This document shows positions 59,889-64,000 of a DNA stretch of 64,000 bases, one piece after another. Location: contig CAVXWP010000003.1 of the NCBI GenBank assembly GCA_963765495.1, forward strand, positions 32,001 to 96,000. The letters run 5' to 3'. The translations under genes and the position numbers were made by a program. The notes under the pieces were generated by a model. It made no database searches and was not told the origin of the DNA. It saw only the letters and a program-made list of their open reading frames with translations. The DNA comes from Blastocatellia bacterium (GTDB taxonomy: Bacteria; Acidobacteriota; Blastocatellia; UBA7656). How positions within the stretch are numbered: position 1 is the stretch's first letter; each line of letters opens with the position of its first letter.

Positions 59889-60610
59889 TCATCGCTCTTC
59901 TCGCCCTGTGTAGCCGGACCTCCCACCTGTCCACGAAAGCGAAATTTTGGTGAACTGATGCACACATTCCAGACAAAATCGCTTCAAATAAACTCGCCAG
60001 AACTTATCCCAATCCATACTGGCAGGGCCGGTCCAAGCCAGCCACATCGGGCGACTGTATCGGCGTTTGCCATCTGGCCTGAAGACTTCTGCCCGCACGG
60101 CGTACAACTGCGTCTTGGGCCCCGATCTTACATGCACCTGCTCCCAGGCCGATATAATGATGACCGATGACCGCGCCATTAGCCCCATGGACATAGCCTC
60201 GATCAGAAAGGGGCGGCGCGGATGGCCGTGGATAAGGAGTATGATCGAGAGCATAATGCGCCCAGCCATCAAAGAGCAGAGAGCCGGTCGATTCTGCTTG
60301 CCTCACCAGCAAGGGACGCAAACTCTGGCCGTCGATTCTGGTCCGCTCGACAGCTTTGTAGAGGCTGGCGAAGTTGCGCTCCATAGTGGGGCTGAGGGAA
60401 ATTTCGACAGCCGAGCGCGCATCGCGGCTGGCGGCAATAGCATCAATGATCTCAAAGGCAGCATCCCGACTCGGCCAAAGAGTTTGGTATATTGCTTGAC
60501 GAAACTGGCGAAGAGATTCAAGTGGAATTACCATGGCTTGAGTCTCTGCCAGTTCAACTTTTTTTCAAAGAGCACACTGAGGGTGACGCCATTTTTGTCT
60601 AAACTCGAGT
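59889..60610 (-). mobile_element. Internally deleted DDE transposase (IS701-like / DDE_5 group)
   Basis: L.QFRQ.IY..RDA.FE.IDA..S.VE.SLSP, ALDHTPYPRP and out-of-frame PMWLAW...W..YL.RF.LE. Confidence 0.7.
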
Positions 60611-60643
60611 CACATGCAACTGTAAACCGATCTAATCATCAAC

Positions 60644-60681
60644 CACTGATCAGTGATCACTGATCACTGATCAGTGATCAC
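60644..60681. repeat. Self-complementary heptamer tandem CA(C/G)TGAT x5
   Basis: cactgat cagtgat cactgat cactgat cagtgat cac, spanning the RND remnant stop. Confidence 0.85.
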
Positions 60682-61025
60682 CAGCAGTTCCTTTCTTTTT
60701 CGTTCGCTCATATAGTAGAGCACCGGCACAGTCATGCGTGATAGCAGCAGCGAAGCGATCTCTCCAGCCATAAGTGAAATGGCCAAACCTTGAAATATAG
60801 GATCGAACAGGATCACGTCCGAGCCTACGATGACAGCCACAGCCGTCAGCATCATCGGGCGAAAGCGCACTGCGCCCGCGTCAATCACCGCTTCCGCAAG
60901 GGGCATTCCCTGGTCGAGCCTCAGATTGACGAAATCAACGAGGATGATCGAATTGCGAACCACAATGCCTGCGCCAGTTTCCCTGCAAGCCCAAGCCTGC
61001 GCCTTATGTCGGCTCTCTCTTCCAT
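60664..61025 (-). pseudogene. RND permease reduced to its first ~20 and last ~105 codons
   Basis: [20 protein letters not shown] joined out of frame to [31 protein letters not shown]. Confidence 0.88.
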
Positions 61026-61055
61026 GACGCTCACCCTCTTTGAACTCAAATCCCT

Positions 61056-61840
61056 TTATCGAACCCGGTCGCCATCGCTTATGCGTTCCGTTCCGCTCGT
61101 GATTATCTGCTCGCCTTCGTTCAGCCCTGAGAGTACTTCTACGCCGTCGCCGTAGGTCTTGCCCGATTTAATCAATCGCAGATGCGCGATGCCTTCGCCG
61201 TCAACTACGTACACTCCGGTAAGTTGACCGCGAATGCTCACGGCCGATTGCGGAACGATCATCGTCGGCTTCTGCCCGCGGATGAATCTGGCCCTGCCAA
61301 ACACCCCTGAGCGCAGGCCCGCTTTATCGCCGTCAGCGGGAAGGGCGATTTTCAGAGTGAAGCTACGGCTGGCCGCATCAGCCGCCGGAACTATTTCAGC
61401 TACGCTGCCTGTGAGTTCCGCATTACCAAGTGCCTGGATGTTAACGATGACCGGCTCTCCGATCCTCGCAACGGCGATTTGCGACTCTTCTACCGAGGCT
61501 TCCAGGCGATAGCTCGTGTCGTCTTCTATTGTGAGGAGCGGAGCGCCCGGCGCGGCAATCTGGCCTATATCGGTTTGACGGGAAGTGACTATGCCATTGA
61601 TGGGCGATGTGATTCGCGAATACCCTGCAAAAAGCTGCGCGCCAGCTATATCGGTCTTCGCCTGATCTATCCTCGCAAGCGCCTGTTTTCTTCTGGCCGC
61701 GACCATCTGGAGCATGCGGTTAGCGCGCTCTCGCTCGGCTTTGGCTACATCGCGCTTTGCCTGAACCTCGTCGAATTCCTGACGGCTCACAGACCGCCTT
61801 TCGAGCAGCGTCTTGTAGCGATTGAACGTAGCCGTCGCAT
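61056..61840 (-). pseudogene. RND periplasmic adaptor, N-terminus lost
   Basis: VSRQEFD, ITSPINGIV, SGVFGR and EVLSGL. Confidence 0.85.
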
Positions 61841-61844
61841 CGCG

Positions 61845-62443
61845 GAAGGTATTCGCCGCGAGCGCCTCGCACGCCCTCTCGCGCCGCTTCCATATTGAAT
61901 CGAGCTAGAGCCATTTCGGGCCGATTCCGCAAACCAAGCCGGATCAACTCTTCCTGGCTCTCTACCTGAAAAGCCTTCTCCACAAGCTGGCCCGCGATCT
62001 TCTGAGGCGTGTCAATCGAGATGCCGAGCGCAGTATTGAGCGCGGCCTGCGCCGTGATTATGTCTCCATCGGCTTGAATCTGCTGCTGGCGAAACTCGGC
62101 CAACTGCACCTCTACGGCCAGCAGGTCGGAGCCGACTACAACACCTGTGTCGAACATGTCATTTATGCGTTTCACATCGGATTCAGCCAGCCGGACGGCC
62201 TCATCAGCAACCTCTTTTTTAGCGCGGGCGACAAGCAGACCGTAATAAGCCCTCAAGACCTCGAAGCGTATCTTTTGCTGAACGAGGAGTCTTTCGGTGT
62301 CGGCCTTGCGGCGTCCGATCTCGGCCCGGCTGATCCTGGTTTCGCTCTGCCGCTGATCGAATACCGGCATGCGAAATGTGACCGATGAGCGAAAGTTGTT
62401 GAGCGAGTCGGGGTTGTTCAGGAATCGAGGGTCGAAATTTTCA
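61845..62443 (-). pseudogene. TolC-family middle fragment
   Basis: LNNPDSLNNF, MPVFD, VLRAYYG and NRPEM..YLPR. Both ends are missing. Confidence 0.8.
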
Positions 62444-62444
62444 G

Positions 62445-62615
62445 CTGAGCCTGCTTGGGGATGCGGGGCTGGTCGCGCGCCGCAAGGAGGGGCTGAATGT
62501 CTACTACCGCGTAGCTGATGCCTCCATTTTCAATCTATGCGAGGCCGTATGCACGAGCCTCGGCGAGCGACTGGCCGCGCAGCACGACGCGGTGCGAAGC
62601 TTTCAAGGAAAGTAG
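62445..62615 (+). pseudogene. ArsR/SmtB repressor C-terminal fragment (not in ORF track)
   Basis: Manual translation gives LSLLGDAGLVARRKEGLNVYYRVADASIFNLCEAVC...*. Confidence 0.8.
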
Positions 62616-62637
62616 CCTTGACGATCCGGCGACCGGA

Positions 62638-62887
62638 TCACCATCTCCTGTAGTGGCGACCGTAGTATGAGACAGTCGGGCTAGTTGACTTGATGCGGTT
62701 CATGGTTTCGCGGTCGAGCGTAAAGGTGATATGCGGAGGCGGCGGAGAGAGTAATCGCAGGATGTCGCAAAACGGTGTCGCTTTGAGGTTCAGGTTATAG
62801 GCTATGACAAGAGGAGTTTCAAGATTCACGACATCCTGAATGTTGTAGGCGAGCAGCGTTTCAAGCGTCCTTTCATTTCGATTCCTC
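62638..62887 (-). pseudogene. C-terminal fragment of a YprB/RNase H-like exonuclease
   Basis: LETLLAYNIQDVVNLE (YN..D motif). Confidence 0.55.
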
Positions 62888-63035
62888 ACCAGCAATTCTC
62901 GGTTTAGAAATTCTGTCTTAACAAGAAGTGAACCACGAAATACACGAAGCACACGAAATAGAAGAATTATTCGTGTATTTAGTGTGTTTCGTGGTATATC
63001 CCGGTGCGATTTCCTCTAAACCGAGAATTGCTGGT
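62888..63035. mobile_element. 148-bp MITE-like element: perfect 21-bp terminal inverted repeats enclosing a nonamer-repeat hairpin
   Basis: ACCAGCAATTCTCGGTTTAGA ... TCTAAACCGAGAATTGCTGGT, with inner (CACGAA)x3 / (TTCGTG-like)x3 at 62932-62995. Confidence 0.75.
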
Positions 63036-63240
63036 TTACTCCGTTGCTCTTTTCCTTTCTACTGATGCTGATAGCCATTACAATGTTCCATATCCTTATA
63101 TCGGAGGTGACCAAAAGACTCTTCCATAACCTGATTGATCGGTCTGACCGCCCTGCCCGCGCGCGCACATTGTAATGGAGAAGATGATGGCGGGGCTTTA
63201 CAGGCATCCCTGGTAAAACACCGCATCCAGAGGAGCATAC

Positions 63241-64000
63241 ATGAAAGAAATGAGCGACAACGTGGGGCGAGCGATATACAGGCTGGAACGCGAGCATCTC
63301 CAGCAATTGTTCGATGTGTTGGTTGCGAAAGGTCACAGGTTGCTTGGCCCTGCTATTCGTGACGGAGCCATCGTGTATGATGAATTGAGTTCAAGCTCCG
63401 ATCTTCCAACAGGCTGGACCGACGAACAGGATGGAGGCACATATCGCCTAAAGCGTCGTGCCGACCAGGCCATCTTTGGATTTGCGGTCGGCCCGCATTC
63501 GTGGAAAAAGTTTCTGCATCCGCCCGCACTACGTCTGTGGCAATTAAAGCGCAAAGGTAATGGCTTTCGAGTGATCGAAGAAGAGGCGGAGTCGCCAAAA
63601 TTTGCTTTCATCGGAGTCCGCGCGTGCGAGTTGCACGCCATACGAGTTCAAGACAGGATATTTCTGGATGGCAAGTACGTTGATCCCACCTACAAAATCC
63701 GGCGTGATGGTTGCTTTATCGTGGCAGTCAACTGTAGTCAGGCGGGAGGCACTTGCTTCTGTGTTTCGATGAATACGGGACCGAAAGCGACATTCGGGTT
63801 TGATCTCGCTCTGACCGAGGTGCTGGAAGGCGAGAGCGCTTACTTCATTGTTGAAGTTGGTACCCGTCAGGGCGCGGAGGTGCTCTCTGAGATTCAACAT
63901 CGCGAGGCGCAGGCTCAGGAACAGGCAGCGGCGGAACGCATTCTTGAAAACACCGCCCAACAGATGGGCCGCTATCTCGAGACCGACGGGATCAAAGAAC
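63241..64000 (+). CDS. AsrA/HydB-family Fe-S protein (group 3b sulfhydrogenase beta / sulfite reductase A-like), 3' partial, not in ORF track
   Basis: Manual translation gives GPAIRDGAIVYDEL..LP.GWTDEQ..GPHSWKKFLHP..GVRACELHAI..QD..VNC....TCFCVSM.TGP. RBS GAGGAG. Confidence 0.88.
   Translation, partial: MKEMSDNVGRAIYRLEREHLQQLFDVLVAKGHRLLGPAIRDGAIVYDELSSSSDLPTGWTDEQDGGTYRLKRRADQAIFGFAVGPHSWKKFLHPPALRLWQLKRKGNGFRVIEEEAESPKFAFIGVRACELHAIRVQDRIFLDGKYVDPTYKIRRDGCFIVAVNCSQAGGTCFCVSMNTGPKATFGFDLALTEVLEGESAYFIVEVGTRQGAEVLSEIQHREAQAQEQAAAERILENTAQQMGRYLETDGIKE

Overview
This is a GC-rich bacterial window, probably Acidobacteriota (inferred from gene types such as the kinase-TolB-TPR protein and the Y_Y_Y sensor). 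It has four parts. (1) 1-17.6 kb is a regulatory/export block: a Y_Y_Y sensor kinase with a NarL-type regulator, DoxX, and a GAF-FhlA-type sigma54 activator. A perfect sigma54 promoter follows, ahead of a D2-only Clp-type AAA+ ATPase, a STAS-like protein, TolC-MFP-RND, a Ser/Thr kinase and a 478-aa unknown. (2) 17.8-28.2 kb is an intact xfp-ackA-glgP-pgm-glgX glycogen-to-acetate block, in which xfp to pgm is bracketed by an imperfect direct repeat. (3) 28.2-47.5 kb is an accessory mosaic. It holds decayed toxin-antitoxin and integrase modules, a partly deleted xylan/arabinan locus (esterase, B3 metallo-beta-lactamase, GH51, GH3, GH29), an aminotransferase V plus amino-acid ester hydrolase pair, DUF3500, IS5 and broken AbiE. 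(4) 47.7-64 kb contains an N-type (alternate) F1F0 ATPase split into two convergent halves around a second ackA-xfp pair and lacking atpD. A P-type ATPase, IS/RND/ArsR remnants, a MITE-like element and the start of an AsrA/group 3b hydrogenase beta-like gene follow. Many genes in parts 3-4 are fused fragments, and two junctions show microhomology. No rRNA, tRNA or CRISPR was seen. All family calls come from motif recognition by eye, not database searches.
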